A stretch of 64,000 nt of DNA from Ramazzottius varieornatus (GCA_001949185.1 BDGG01000002.1:8913990-8977989), one strand, 5' to 3'; shown: positions 14,701-27,825, counted from the stretch's first letter. Notes: generated from the sequence alone by a model not told the origin. Numbers and translations are program-made.

Positions 14701-17700
14701 TCATATTAAAAGGAGCTGCTAACAATCAACACAACAGGCTGTCATCAAAGGTGCAGCGACACGGCCTGTTTCCTCCACCAAAAATGACTCTCAAGGCCGT
14801 GCAGGGCCCCAACCTTGTAGAAAAAAGGCTGAAATGAACTGGGCTGGAGGCAGCGGCCTTCTTACCAGTCTGGGGAATGGGTTCTTCCGTCTTCTTCTCG
14901 GCTGCACTGCTATCCAGCACGTCCTCGTAGCCCAGGTCCTTCTCGGCGATATCATTGTCAACCCTCGCTTCGGCAGTGAGTAGGGAGCTGGCTGGTGTGA
15001 TGGTGGCCATCTCTTCTTGCAGCTCTTGGGCAAAGTGCTTGAGCTCGATCAGGCCCTGCCGGTCCAGCACCACATCCAAGCCCACAAAGTCGGCATTGAA
15101 CTGTTGGGCCGTTCGTTTGTAGAGGGTGTCAAAGTCGGGCGAGGAAGGGCCCACATTGTGATAGTCCATTCTCAGCAGGAAGCCGCGACTTTCATCTTGA
15201 GACTGCCGATGGCGTTGCAGCATGCGAATGGGCGGCGCTGTCGTGTTGCCTATGGGCATGTAGTCGATGATGAGGTCGGCCAGCGCCAAGCCCAACTGCA
15301 TATCGAAGGTACGCTGGTTCATCTCCAGGATGATGGTGGCCAAGTGCAGCGCCAAGAGAGGGCGCTGCACTTGGCTGCCCCGGTAGATGCGCAGGGAAAT
15401 GTCATCCACGGTGAACTGCAGCTGCAGCGTGGTGAAGTTAACATCTTTCAAAGCCGCCCAACGCAGGCTAGCTGAAGGTTGCGTCTTTTGCCGTTTCGTC
15501 ACACTGCCCTCCTCCTGGGCATCGAAAAAGATGTCACCGGCCTCGTCGCTGACCTGTCAAAAAAGGCGCTTCTTGACCCAGTCCGCTATATTCAGTCTCA
15601 TTCTTCACTCTACACATACCACGGTATCGCCTTCCGATGAGACGATGGACTCTTGATAGCCTTCATCCTGCGTGGCATTCTCCACAGTGGCTAGGCCTGC
15701 GGTAGCCACAGCCGTAGGCGGACTTTGGCTGAGGAACATTTCTTCGGCCAGTTTGAGGTCCTTATTGGATCGCGCCATGCTCATGGCTTGACGCTCCATG
15801 TCCTTCTTGATGGCTTGGCTGTGTTGAGCAGAAACCACCTGCTCCAGCGGCGGCGCTTGCGGCAGAGGAATGGACAAGGCTAGTCCAGACAGCTTCATCA
15901 AGCGAGCCTCAGTCATATCGACAGCAACACTGGGTAACTTCCCTACAGGAAAACCGTATAGCTTGCCTTTTAGTCAGCAGATTAGGTGTAGGGGAAGGTA
16001 AAGATGTACTCTTACCGACGACCCGCAGCAGAGGTCGTTTGGGATCATGGACGATGCACTGGTGAACCTCCAAGGCACAACTGAGGGGCTGGAGAATGTG
16101 TAGCGCTGTCATGCCCTGTTGGGCGCCCGTCCGTCGAGCAGACTCCCATTGAGCCTGGTTGTCCTGCCCACTGGCCGGCACAAAGAGAATCTGCATGTTG
16201 GTCAGCGCCACGCTATACTTGTCGTACAGCGACGCTTCCAGCTTGAGCAGATCCGTCGTGCCCTAAAATATGACCAAACTGTCTTTATTTATGCTGGAGG
16301 ATTTGCCGTCTGGAAGAGACGAGCTGAATGCAAGCATTACCTGCTCCAAGGTTCTGTTTTCTTCAATGTTACGGACGCGAAAGTCACCCAGGTCGACGAC
16401 CAACTTGGCCGCAGCTGGGTGGAAGACACCGTGTTGGGGAATGAGCAGATGAGAAGCGCGGAGGTGCACGTCCAGCTCCACTTCCTTGCCCCGGCGGCTT
16501 TCCAGTGCGTAGCGCAGTCCAGCCGTCGATGACTCGCGCAGCTCCTGGAACTTGGCGGCCGCTGTCACCTGCAGCTGCTTCAGCTGCAGAGCCCGTGGTG
16601 GCCGGAAGAAGGCCGATAGTGCAATGACCGTCTGCGCGTCATACACTGCCCGCACCGGAGCAGCCTTGATCTGTAACACACAACAAGTTTTGTCAATACA
16701 TAGCCTGCAAAATCACTCTTCAGTCAAGTGCGATGTACGCTGCGATCTACCTTGACAAAAAAGCCTTTCTGCGAGTTGAGGGGCTTGCTTTCGTACCAAA
16801 CATCCAACAGCGCACTATCGCCTTCCTGCTGGTCCTCCAGTGGGACGGGCACCACCATGGGGCCGTTGTCGGCATTGGTGCCCATGACGCGCATGTCCTG
16901 ACAGAGCAGCCTTAGCTTCATGGCTTCGGCCGAAGGACGCTGCTCAACCTGTGTTTGGACATTGAGCAAGGACAGGGAGAGAACATTGCTGGGCTGTTCC
17001 GCCTTGCCGCCGCCGTCATCGATAAAGGTGACGGCCAGCTCTTTCAGCAGAACGTCAAAGCGGTTCTCCACGAAGGTGGTCGGGTACAGAGCGATGGGCG
17101 CCCCTTCACGATAGCCAATGGCACTATACAGCTTGCTCTTCTCTTCCGGCGTCATAATCTCCGCCAACTTTTTCTCCAGATCACCTTCGCCCATCTGCGC
17201 TGCCGCGTTGCCTTTGCCTTTGCCCGTCATCCATCCCCACCTACAAGAGGACAAGACTCGACCATGTAGTTGACATCGTTGCGCCCACAGAGAGTCGCTG
17301 ACAAACATACCAGCCAACAGGTTGAGCCTGGGGAAGCGTGGGAGCTAGCCGTTGAAAGTCGGCATCGGCTTGTTGGCGCGTAATGACCAAGTTGAAGGTG
17401 CTCAGCTCCCGCTCCAGCTGCTCCAACTCCTCATCGGCGGCACTTTGCTGCGACTGCTTCGTGTTGGCGCTCAGCAACTTCTGAACATAGAGGTAACGGT
17501 AGCGCTTCAGCCTGGTGCGATGAGCCTACAAGGGAGAGCTTTAGCAACAGATTCCAACACACTTGACCAATACTGGACGACCAACTTTGATGTTGCGCCA
17601 AGACCATCCCCTCAAGCGAGGCCGCACTTCGCCTTCCAGAACACAGCGTTGAGCGTACTGCCACCAGTGCTGGCCGTTGGAGCGTCCGATGGGGTGTTGC

Positions 17701-19332
17701 GGAGGGTCGTACTTTCGATAGCGACTTTTCAGCGTCATCGTGTCCAGAGCGTCGGCAAAGAGAATGACACCTTCATACTGTTGGCGACTCAGCGACAGCG
17801 CCAACGATTCCAGCGTCAAGCGTAGATCAATCTTGGGGATGGCAAAGTTGCTCTCGTCCAGCTCCGGCTTGGGGTTAATACGGAGGTTACAGGTAAAGTG
17901 AATGGGTTCGAGGATGTAGGACTGGTTGAGGACTTTGTGCTCCTTGGAAGCAATGTGTTGGGAGAAGGCCGACGTCAGCTCTTGCTCGTTGGTCATGGAG
18001 TGAAAGGACGACTGCTCTCCTGTGATGGGGTTCCAGTACATGGACAGCGCTTCCAGCGTCACCAGCTTGTAGACAAACTTGGCGGCGCTGGCAATGTGGT
18101 CGTCATTCAGCCAATTCTGGTCGGTGGTGACAAACTGCAGCTTCTTCAGCGTCACCCCGCAGGCGAAGGCTTGTTGCGGATTAGAAAAGTGGTCCTCAAA
18201 GCGAATGTGAATGTCCGTTACGTCCACCTGCAGATTCTTAATGATTTGTGTGGCCATCTTTTCCACAAAGGAATCGCCTTGTCCCGCACCGGCTAAAGAG
18301 AAAGCCGTGTTAAACGTGGCCTCGCTACAGACTATTGCATCAAAAGCTATACAAACTGACCATCGCCGGCCGCGTTCTTTTGTAGCTTTTTGACATCCTC
18401 CAGGCGACGAAGCTCACGCTGCTTGGCTTCCAGCGCATCTTTCTCCTCCTTCTCTCTGTTATACTGCAGTCCTGCAGTGTAATATCATCATCAACATAAG
18501 CATGCATATATTGCCTCTGCAGAGCGTGCTGCTGCTGCTGATGCTGCTACTGCTGCACCTCATACCTATGTTGGGTACGGCCACCAGATAGAGACCGCCG
18601 ACTTCCACCTTGACGGTGCTGTTGTACAGATTCTTCCATGGGATCTTCAGAACCAGGCTACCTGTCAAGCACAGCAGAAGCATCAGCGATAGAATCGATG
18701 ACGTTACGCGATGCACGTCCTATGTACAGCTATGATGACGAGTTTTTGACTAGTTCAGCACAGAATTGACTTCCGGCTAATCAGCCGCAAAACCGGTTGA
18801 GCGCCACTCTTCCTCCAGCTCCTGAGTTCCAATGTCCCAACACCAGACACTGACGCATAAAGTTTGCTTCGCAGCTCGCACCACTCTTTATCCACCGTTG
18901 GTAAGGGGCGCATTCACTAGAACCACATGTACCCGCAAGCCTAAGACCGACTTCCGGTCGACGATGAATCGCAATAATAAGTGACACAATGCGAAGCGAC
19001 AACCTTTCCTTGGGCAAGACTGATAATGAGCGGACTGCGACATACTCAGCCGTCCATGGGTGACTTTGAATGGCAAATCCAGATCATTCAGCGCCGATTC
19101 TTTCAACAGAAGATTGGATAACTTGATGTCCCCTGTATAAAGAGTATAAAGCAAACTCACTTAATTGTGACCGGCTACATCATAATTCTTCGCTCAACTT
19201 TCAACTCGGCAAAGACTGGTGTCAAGGCTTACCTCCCCATATTCCCAAGTTGAGCTGTTTGGGGTCCAAGTTCTGGACATAGTCACCGATGTAGCGATTG
19301 AGCAGCTCAGCCAACAAGCTTTCTAAGACCAT
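5744..19332 (-). CDS. VPS13: VPS13 (VPS13A/C-type) bulk lipid transfer protein, multi-exon
   Basis: Start [42 protein letters not shown] and [18 protein letters not shown] (chorein N-terminus). C-terminal [36 protein letters not shown] and LRTPRFI motifs. Stop at 5744-5746. Confidence 0.95.
9413..9520. repeat. (CAGTA)n pentanucleotide microsatellite in a VPS13 intron
   Basis: Long near-perfect run of cagta units inside intron ~9403-9544; explains the CTVLY-repeat ORFs. Confidence 0.95.
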
Positions 19333-19768
19333 GCTGCAGGCCGGATGTTCCTCCCCTCTTCGATACCGCCTGTGTCAATAAGCACGTTTCTGCAAAGACA
19401 GAAGCACAGTATGAATCTTACGATATTCGTCAGACCAACTTCGGTTTGACGTACCCGTAGCGTACAACTTGTTCACGTTGGCCAGATCATGAGCATTGAC
19501 TATAGCCACTTTTAATAATTCAAAACGCCGCCGTGCCCGCCGCGATTGCATGTACATGGTCCGTATCATACGAGTGCTCTACGACGGCGTACGTTTCTCT
19601 GCCAGCAAGCACAGCGCACTGACAACGTTGCCAACAATTCAGGCAAGATGCACTGAAAGGAGATCCCGGAGAGCTTGCCAGACTACTGTGTGAGTCAGCA
19701 GTTTACGGTAGTATGCGAAGCTCTTTCGGGCACCAGTCCAAAGACTACGAGCATGTATCAGTCAGAGC

Positions 19769-20388
19769 TAGTGCTGGCAACGATACGAAATACCGATATC
19801 GTATCGAAATACATCGAATCTTTGCGATAAAATATGCGGCAGATATGTTTTTGGAAATATCGATATAAAACTCGTATCGAAAAATGCATAAAAATATTCG
19901 GCGATATCTTATCGCACCATATCGATATATTTTCGATATATCAGTATTTTGCTGAATGGCAAACTCGCCAGTGATATCTCGTTTACCGAAGACCAAAGTT
20001 GATTTCAAAACTTGGTTTTGGCCATGGTGTACCGAGCACACTTCACCCATTCGGTTCTGGTACTAATTCTGTCCAGGTTTCCATGTGTTTGAAGTCTTGG
20101 CATAATCATGTCTCTGCTGCATCCGACGCTCTCGATCTTACTACTACTTTATGTGGAAATCGCCTTCTTGAGTTTTTGGGCTTAAACTAGTGGAAATCCG
20201 AAAAACTAAGATTCCAGAAATATCGATACATCGCTGCGATATGATACAACATATCGAAAATACGGTAACGGTAAAATATCGTATCGAAATATCGATATCG
20301 AATGAATATCGAAGACCGCGATAAAATATCCTCTGATATTGTATCAAAAAATATCATATCGAATTTTATCGTATTTTTGCCAGAACTA
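19769..20388. mobile_element. Non-autonomous hAT-type element (620 bp)
   Basis: Termini TAGTGCTGGCAACGATACGA / TCGTATTTTTGCCAGAACTA form an imperfect TIR. 8-bp TSD GTCAGAGC (19761-19768) / GTCCGAGC (20389-20396), 7/8 identical. Subterminal ATCG/CGAT-rich arrays. Central + strand remnant SVQVSMCLKSW resembles a hAT transposase C-terminus. Confidence 0.85.
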
Positions 20389-20885
20389 GTCCGAGCGATC
20401 AAACGATCGCATACGAGCCCTTGTACGTCACCGTAGACAGGCGTCAGGCGTACTGATACGTCACGTTCTGAACAGCCAGTCAAAGAGTAGGTCTAACAAA
20501 ACCGGCCATAGCATTGATCGACCAAGTAGTACAGTATATGTATTGCGATAGCTCCACCCAAAAGGCTGGCCTTCCAGCGGAGCTTTAGAATGAATCATAG
20601 AGCACATAATCATCGCAGAAAGCTGTTCAGGCATTCCAAAGCCTTTAAATTGGGTCAAACTATGGCAAGCCTGAGCTTATGGCGGAACATCAAATGGAAC
20701 TTTCTTGGCACCGAAGTGGTCTCTGCCATTAGTCATCTGTTGTACGTACAGGCATAATGCATTATTATACTCTGTTGATCGTGTAGTGCCGTCAAGTGTA
20801 CTATCAACACGGTTATCAATTCCGTATTAATCAATACGCCAATATCTTCGGATGATTAGTACAGAATGATTGATGAAATCCGAAA

Positions 20886-21286
20886 TCACGACTCATGACT
20901 CATCAAAAACTTGGGGAAATTCGTCAAAAATATTAGTGAAAATCGGAGAATCATCACGAGTAAAGGACCGTGCTGGCTAGAGCTCCAGTTTCCTCTCATG
21001 AGTTTGCGATTCAGAGTCCCTTGGGCATAACCAGCTGTGTCCACGCCAGTTGGCATCCGTAGCTTCACTCCGGTCTTCCTCTGATTGAAACAGCGCTAAC
21101 GGTAATGCCCCCAGCCTCATTTGCGACTCACAGATGGGTACAGCTTCTGGAAACAACACTAAACAGCAGATAACAGAGTGTTCGCGGGTAGGCACCCTAA
21201 CGGGTACTGTTGCCGCCGAGGGAGGCTAAAAGAGAAGAAAACGGGAACTGGGATGATGGCAGCGCGTATCCCGAGTTCCCAACCAT
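20886..21286 (-). CDS. Candidate small orphan gene built from micro-exons
   Basis: Predicted exons 21297-21284 (ends in ATG), 21225-21196, 21146-21132 and 21080 onward, separated by 58, 49 and 51 nt GT-AG introns with pyrimidine-rich acceptors, all phase 0. Reads MPPSAATVPVRKLYPSRKTGVKLRMPTGVDTAGYAQG... No family recognised; 3' end uncertain. Confidence 0.35.
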
Positions 21287-23594
21287 TGAATTACTCCCTG
21301 TGACTCAGAATGCAATGCTAAAGCCTTATCTCCATCTCTTGTGACCTACTTTCGCTTTTCCTCAGTCACATTCCATTCACAAGCTTATCTTCACTGATGT
21401 TGTACTTTGCCCTTCACTGGGCAAAGTTCAGCAGAGGGGTTTAAACACGAACAAAACCGGCTCCGCAACGGCAACTCGTGCCTAAAAACTCCATGATAAA
21501 CCACCGGAAGTGGATTGACATGGGATAACATGGGGTATCAAGTCGCCTGTAAGGTCGCATTACTGAGCTCTGCGAGCATTTCGTAATTGCCTCACACTAA
21601 ACCTATTCCGCAAGCCATTTTTCGGCCCTGAAGTAGATAAATTCACATGGTTTTGTACTGCGCAGGTTTCTGTGCGGAAACCGTTTCGCGGTTTCGACAC
21701 TTCCGGCACAGAAAATTAGGATGAAGCGATATTACGCTGCGCGAGTTCAGCCGGCAACTGAGATTCGCGAAACCTGTCACTTATCTCTCAACCGGATGAA
21801 TGCAGGACTTACTTCACGTTTTATAGCAGTAGTTTTGTGAAGAGAAATGTCTGTTCCTCGTTTTAATGCTGGTTTAGGTAGAAAGCGTGATGGATTTGCA
21901 GAAGAAACGAGAGCGGGAGTCAAGTGGCGCAATGTGGGTAAGAAACGTCGCTCGGATTACCTGGCGTGCCAGGTCCAGTTCGCTGATTGGTCTGATCACG
22001 CTGCAGTCAACTGAAATTTCAAATGATGACCGAAGGGGTCAGTACTTCAATCAACTCAGCTTCCACAGAATTTCTATTTCTGTGCAGCGATGCTGCGCAA
22101 AATATAAGCCGTGGACAACTGCACAGCGTAAAACCCATACTTATGCTGTGCAAGCCGTCAATATGACTTGCGAGACAGGTCTGACGTATCGGCGGCAACA
22201 TAACACGATTAAAATTGCTGTGACAGTTGTAAGGACCGATTTCGATTTTGAACGGTTCTTACTTCCACCAGCTTGCCCACACACTGTTCGTCCGAGACCG
22301 ATCAGCTGATTGGGTACACACTTGACCACTTAATCACGTCAACCTCGAACAAATCATCGATCAGCTGATCGTGTCGCTCGATGTTTGGCGAGCCGTCTCA
22401 TACAAGATTGATATTCGGTCGCGGAAGCAATTGTCACATGTCGTAGGTGGTAGTGTATAAGTTTTTGGCGCAAATCAAGTGACCGCCCGTCCATGCGCAA
22501 GGTCCGCAAACGTGTGTCATCAGCTGTTGGAGTGGTAGTTACTGATTGACGACAAATTTTAGTGACATTCACACTTTTCTAATATTTGATTAGTAAGATG
22601 TTGAGATCTTTTTTTGTGCGGCTGTGCAGCTACCGAAATACGTGCGGAGACATGATTGCATCTTCCCGGATTTTCTCGTGGAACCAAAACAATCGGATTC
22701 ATAATTACTGTATTGCGGTACGCATTTTGCATTGATTTCTCGAAATGCGACGGCAGTCTTGGTGTTACTATAGGAGAGCTCTAACTTCAGGGATACACGG
22801 CATGTATTTATATGTCGTTCACCCCAGCTGGTGACAGCAAACGGTGACGCATAGACCACGTGATGTGACGCCCATGGACACGATATGTAATATATGTGAT
22901 ATTACAGGCCATGACAAGACGTATAATATAACATGTCGTATGTGTTATGACATGACCAGAAAAAATTCCATAAAAATCTGGGAAAATTCCAGAAGAATCT
23001 GGGGAAGGTACAGAGCGCTTCCAAGGCGTACCGCAATGCCGGATAAGGTACGACTTTGGCTCTCCGGAGGATTTTTTGATTGATTCAGAATAGAGCACTG
23101 GGCCGCAGGTCCAAAAGTACGCTGTGACTGTGCTGCGCACATTACCAGGGCGCTATACGATGCGCTGTGCTGCACGACTTTCATGCCCAGTGGCTAAGCA
23201 GCTGTGCTGCAGACGCACGTTGACCTGGTGCAACTGCGCGGAACGCCGATGTATTGACGTGGTTTGTAATTCAGTCAGCGAAATCGGTAGTCAACCTGGA
23301 GAACGTTGCCCTAACGTACGGCAAAGCTGAGACGGCTGACGTTCGAATGCCCAAAAGCTGTAATTCTTGTTAGGTTTCGGTAGGTGCATCTGCGCGATAG
23401 TCTATGGCTTTCTGCTGTATGCTGTGCCGCACAAATTTCGTCAGTTCACTTCAACTGTGCGGCGGCACAGCACAGCTGCAGTACAGCGCATGCGGCCAGA
23501 TTCCGTGCTCTAATTCAGAATGACAGGAGTCGCAGGATTCATTCTGTCTGATCTGCAATATGCATGGTTATGCAGATGATAACTACGATGAAGT

Positions 23595-24438
23595 ATGGCT
23601 CCAAAGGATAAAGCAGCTCCAGCCAAAGGCAAAGACAAGAAGGAGGAAGGCGGGAAAGGAGACGAGAAGAAGGAAGCCAAAGGTGCGAAAGGAGGAACCG
23701 CAGTTAAGGTACGCATCTAGTGCTCGCGAAAGTCGGATCCACGCTGCTTGTTGGCTGAAGCGAGGCTGTCGACATCGATTTCCGGTCCTACCAGTGTGTC
23801 AAATTGGTCCCTAGGTACGGCACATCTTATGTGAAAAGCATGGAAAGATCATGGAGGCGATGGAAAAGCTAAAGGCGGGTACAAAGTTCGACGAGGTAGC
23901 CAGAACTTACAGCGAGGACAAAGCAAGGAGTGGGGTAAAGTATATTCAGAAAATACGTCCGAATGTCCACGCTGTCTGATAAACGTTCTTTCGGGTTTCG
24001 CAGGGTGATCTGGGCTGGATGACTAGGGGTAAGATATTACTGCTGTTTCTCGTCATGGTGTGATATGGCTCTGTCATAAGATATTGCCATTGTTCTCTTC
24101 GTCTCACGACATCTCTTAATCTTCAAGGTTCTATGGTAAGATATTACTACTGTTCTGTTCATCTCCAAGACTGCAATAGTAGTCTTAACCCTCTGCCTTC
24201 ATTCATATAGGTCGGACCATTCCAAGATGCTGCTTTCGCGGTTAGTATCACTGTACATTGAACGGAATGAGACTGAGCGGAATCTTTGTTGAATGGTTCC
24301 GTTGCTTGTGCTGAAATCTGAGCATCGTTCTGGATGTTTCAGCTACCAGTTTCTACACTGGCCAGTCCGCACTACACCGATCCTCCAATAAAAACCAGTT
24401 TTGGATATCATATCATCTTGGTCGAGGGCAAACGTTAG
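23595..24438 (+). CDS. PIN4: Parvulin peptidyl-prolyl isomerase Par14/PIN4
   Basis: Exons 23595-23708, 23815-23934, 24004-24028, 24128-24135, 24211-24240, 24343-24438 give MAPKDKAAP...[14 protein letters not shown]...[34 protein letters not shown]...[20 protein letters not shown]. Confidence 0.96.
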
Positions 24439-24864
24439 ATAAGTTAGATTCTGAGCCTTGCATTTAGGCGCGATCTTCTGCCTCATGTACTGTGTACAAA
24501 GTTGTTTGTCCGTTTATTGTTTCTACTATAGTTTTTTTCGATACACGGATGTTACGGATGTCTGCCGATGCAGTGATGCTCGAACTCGAAGTAACAGTGT
24601 TAGAATTTCGAACGTGTCCATTGTTGATTTTTATTGGTAATGTGGATCAAACAAGAAGGTGGCAAAGAAAAAAGTATATAGCACAAAAGGCTAAAAGCAG
24701 ACCGCAAAGTGGTTGCAGTTGAAAATCTGAAATGCGACCTGCTGAATCAAATAAGCAATGATGAAGAGTAGGGGGGTAAACGGCAAAAAACAAAGACAAG
24801 CAAGCACACGCATGGCCGACCACCACAGCCGCGAGAAACAAGAGACAGGCGAAGAGGCGATATG

Positions 24865-27825
24865 TTACAGGACGCTGAGGCGCGCATTGTGAAACTGCAG
24901 AGAGGAGCTACCGTTTGCCGCATTGCCATTGTTCATCATCATGGCGGGGTTCTGGGGTGGAGTCATGGTTGCCGCAGGTGCTCCTTGGTGATAGTTCATC
25001 AGAGCGTGAGGAGCGACCCCGTTGCCGTTGAGGTACAGCTGCTGTTGAAGGGTCGACCCACTGTGAAGGCCGTAAGTGGCCATTTGCCGTCCCATATCCG
25101 GCCACTTTCCTCCTTGTCCTCCGTAGCGCATATCCGCACCCTGAGAACAGAGAGACGCTGACGTAATTCGTGAAAGATGGGACACAAGACCAGAGAACCG
25201 ACAAGAGATGGCTACGGTACCTGCATCAGATCGGGATGCTGGTGGGTCATTGGCGCAGGTCGTCGTTGTTGTTGCTGCTGCTGCTGCTGCTGTTGGACTT
25301 GAGTAGCGTAGGTGGCAGCGCCTTGAGGTGCACAAGCATACTGCTGCTGCTGCTGCTGCTGGTTGTAGAAGAGGGCAGAGTCGGAGAAGACTGGGCCGTT
25401 GTTAGCAGACATCAGACGATGATCGGTGCCCATGGTCTGTTGTTGCTGAAAATGCTGGTTAATCTGTTGTTGATGCAGACCTTGATGATACTGCTGTTGT
25501 TGTTGTTGTTGTTGTTGCTCGAACACATGCCGTATGGGAACGTGCAGTGGCATCGTCCGCCGTGTTTGACTTTCCAGTTCCATCAGATCGGCCAAGCCTT
25601 TCGAAGATTCGTTCCATGGGTCAAAGCCTACAAATGAATGTCCAGACTGATGATATTTTGATATCACCCTCTACTTAACGCGCTGACCACTATAAAGACA
25701 TATAAAGACATTTCTACGGTACCAAAGTCGTCAAAGTCATCGACAAAGAGATCGAAGGGCGCAGTGCCGGGACTTGTCCTGTCCTTGTCGGACGGTGGCG
25801 CTTCATTGAGACTACCCGACGATGACGATATCGAGCATGAAGACGCTGGAGACAAATCCCGTGGCAGCAGATCGTTGTTGTTCTTCAGGATGGCCTCGCT
25901 CTCCCGCCTGTCCAGTACCACACTCTCCGCTAAACTCGGACTGAGACACAGCAACAATCATTTCTACAACAACTACTACCTTGGCCAAGATCAACCATGC
26001 TGCTTTACCTTGATGGTAGCTGCGATGGCACACGATGAAGCTGTTGCACCAGCACCGGTACGGGCACGGGTGGAGCCATCACCGGGCTCTGCTGTTGAAC
26101 GCTGAGGATGGAAGGGGCCAGCGGCAGTGGCGTTAGAGCGTCCAACAGTTGCTTCTCGTACTCCTGATGCTTTCCTCCCTGCATCTCCTCCTTGGTGAAG
26201 CTGGCTGCCCCGTCACCCAAGTCATGCAAATACATGCATTCCTAAACAAGGTAACCAGCCAACCGATTAGCCCTATCGACTTATGAGAAAGGAAGTGTAG
26301 GGAGTAGGATATTTCCTTACCGTCTTGCTGCAGGGCAAGTTGCGGAGAAAGTTGACGCAATACTTGGTGGTCCCTAAGGAGGCCTTCAGGACGCGGCCAT
26401 CGATGTGGAAGTTATTCAGCATCTTGATGGCGCGTAATGCATCTTCCCCCCGCAAATACGTGATGTAAGCCGACGCCGAACTCGCCTGCGATCAAACATC
26501 CGTTATGTTCTTCCCATGTCCGAAGAAAGTGCAAGTGATTGTACTAACCGGTGTTCCATTAGCGTTGAGAGTATTGACCATCACTTTGAGGATCTTGCCG
26601 AACCGCCCGAAATATTCCGGCTTCTTCAGCACTTCCGGATCAGTTAGTTTCGGTGGCAAGCCGATGACGAAAACCAAGTTCTTTTGCACCACCCTAAAAA
26701 GACAACAATGCATAACTCTCACCTATTTATTGCAACATCACCGCGATTTAAGTGCGGTTATCCATTTCACAAGTTCCGACTTCCGAGGCAAAGAACGAAG
26801 ACTCGTACCGAATAGTAGCCAAATGTTTCCTGCTTTCGATGACACGGTCCGTCTTTTCCCGCGGATCTTTCTTCTTCTGCCCAACCTTTTGTTGTTGCTT
26901 CTTGTTGCTCTTGAACTTCTGAATCCTGTCAAGTCAAACAACGCATCAATTACAGCTCATTCACGAACGAAAATATCCCACATGATGCTACATCCCTGCA
27001 TCAAATCGGAAGCTCACTCCTTAATGTTGGCGCATTACGTACTAATGTTACGCATAACAATCAGAAGCGCAATCGCAACGCTGTGTTATGTAATGCGCCA
27101 GCTGATCAGGGTGTAACATGATAGTTGCATCAACTTACTCTTCAGCACCGATGGGCTTGAATTCCACAGGATCATCAGGGTATTTCTACAGCAAACAAAA
27201 CTCTCTCAGCTGGAATCCAGGTAAAGTTATCCGTCCAAAATCTCTTACTTGGCGACAGGCAGGACACAGGCCATTCTCGTCCGTTTTCATCCGATGCCAG
27301 CAGAACTTGCAGACCTAGACGAGACAAGCAATCAATACTGACGCAATCAACCATCGAACGCCATACATCAGGAGTCGTAATCAATCGCAATCAATCGCAG
27401 ACAACGTCAACAAGCTCCAATGACCTAAATTAGCGACAACCGCAGACGGTAGCTTGTTTTAGTTGGTCAAAAATGGCTCCTTACGGCCACAACACATTCA
27501 GGCTAACATTCGGCAGCTCAGAGAATCACAGCAACGAAGAAGATGGACCTGGATTTCCTCCAACTTTCGCTTCTTCCGATCACCAGTTCCTAGTTACTCT
27601 TCGGGGAGATTAGTGAAAAGCACGAACCTGAAATCCGCAGGTGCAGGGGAAGAAGTTGATATCATCCAGATCGAACGGTTCCACGCACAGAGGACACTGT
27701 AGAGAAGAAGAAGACAAATATTAGGAAACCTCGTTGGTACATAAAGTAGGTACAGCGGGAAACGAGTCAATGCGTACCTCGATACAATCTTCCCCCAAGC
27801 CATTATCCAGCTCTTCCATCGTCAT
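24865..27825 (-). CDS. CNOT4: CCR4-NOT subunit 4 (RING E3 ligase, RRM, C3H1 zinc finger, Q-rich C-terminus)
   Basis: C4C4 RING CPLCVEPFDLDDINFFPCTCGFQ|VCKFCWHRMKTDENGLCPACRQ; RRM RVVQKNLVFVIGL...EYFGRFGKI; LKASLGTTKYC...CMYLHDLG; GFDPW motif; polyQ tracts. Confidence 0.94.
25265..25517 (-). repeat. Coding CAG/CAA trinucleotide tracts (polyQ) in CNOT4
   Basis: Several (tgc/tgt)n runs on + strand translating as Q runs in ORF 25212..25667(-). Confidence 0.85.

Noticed and set aside
19769-20388. Repeat-rich arms considered as a CRISPR-like array
   Set aside because: No constant repeat-spacer period; TIR plus TSD explains them, and the context is eukaryotic.
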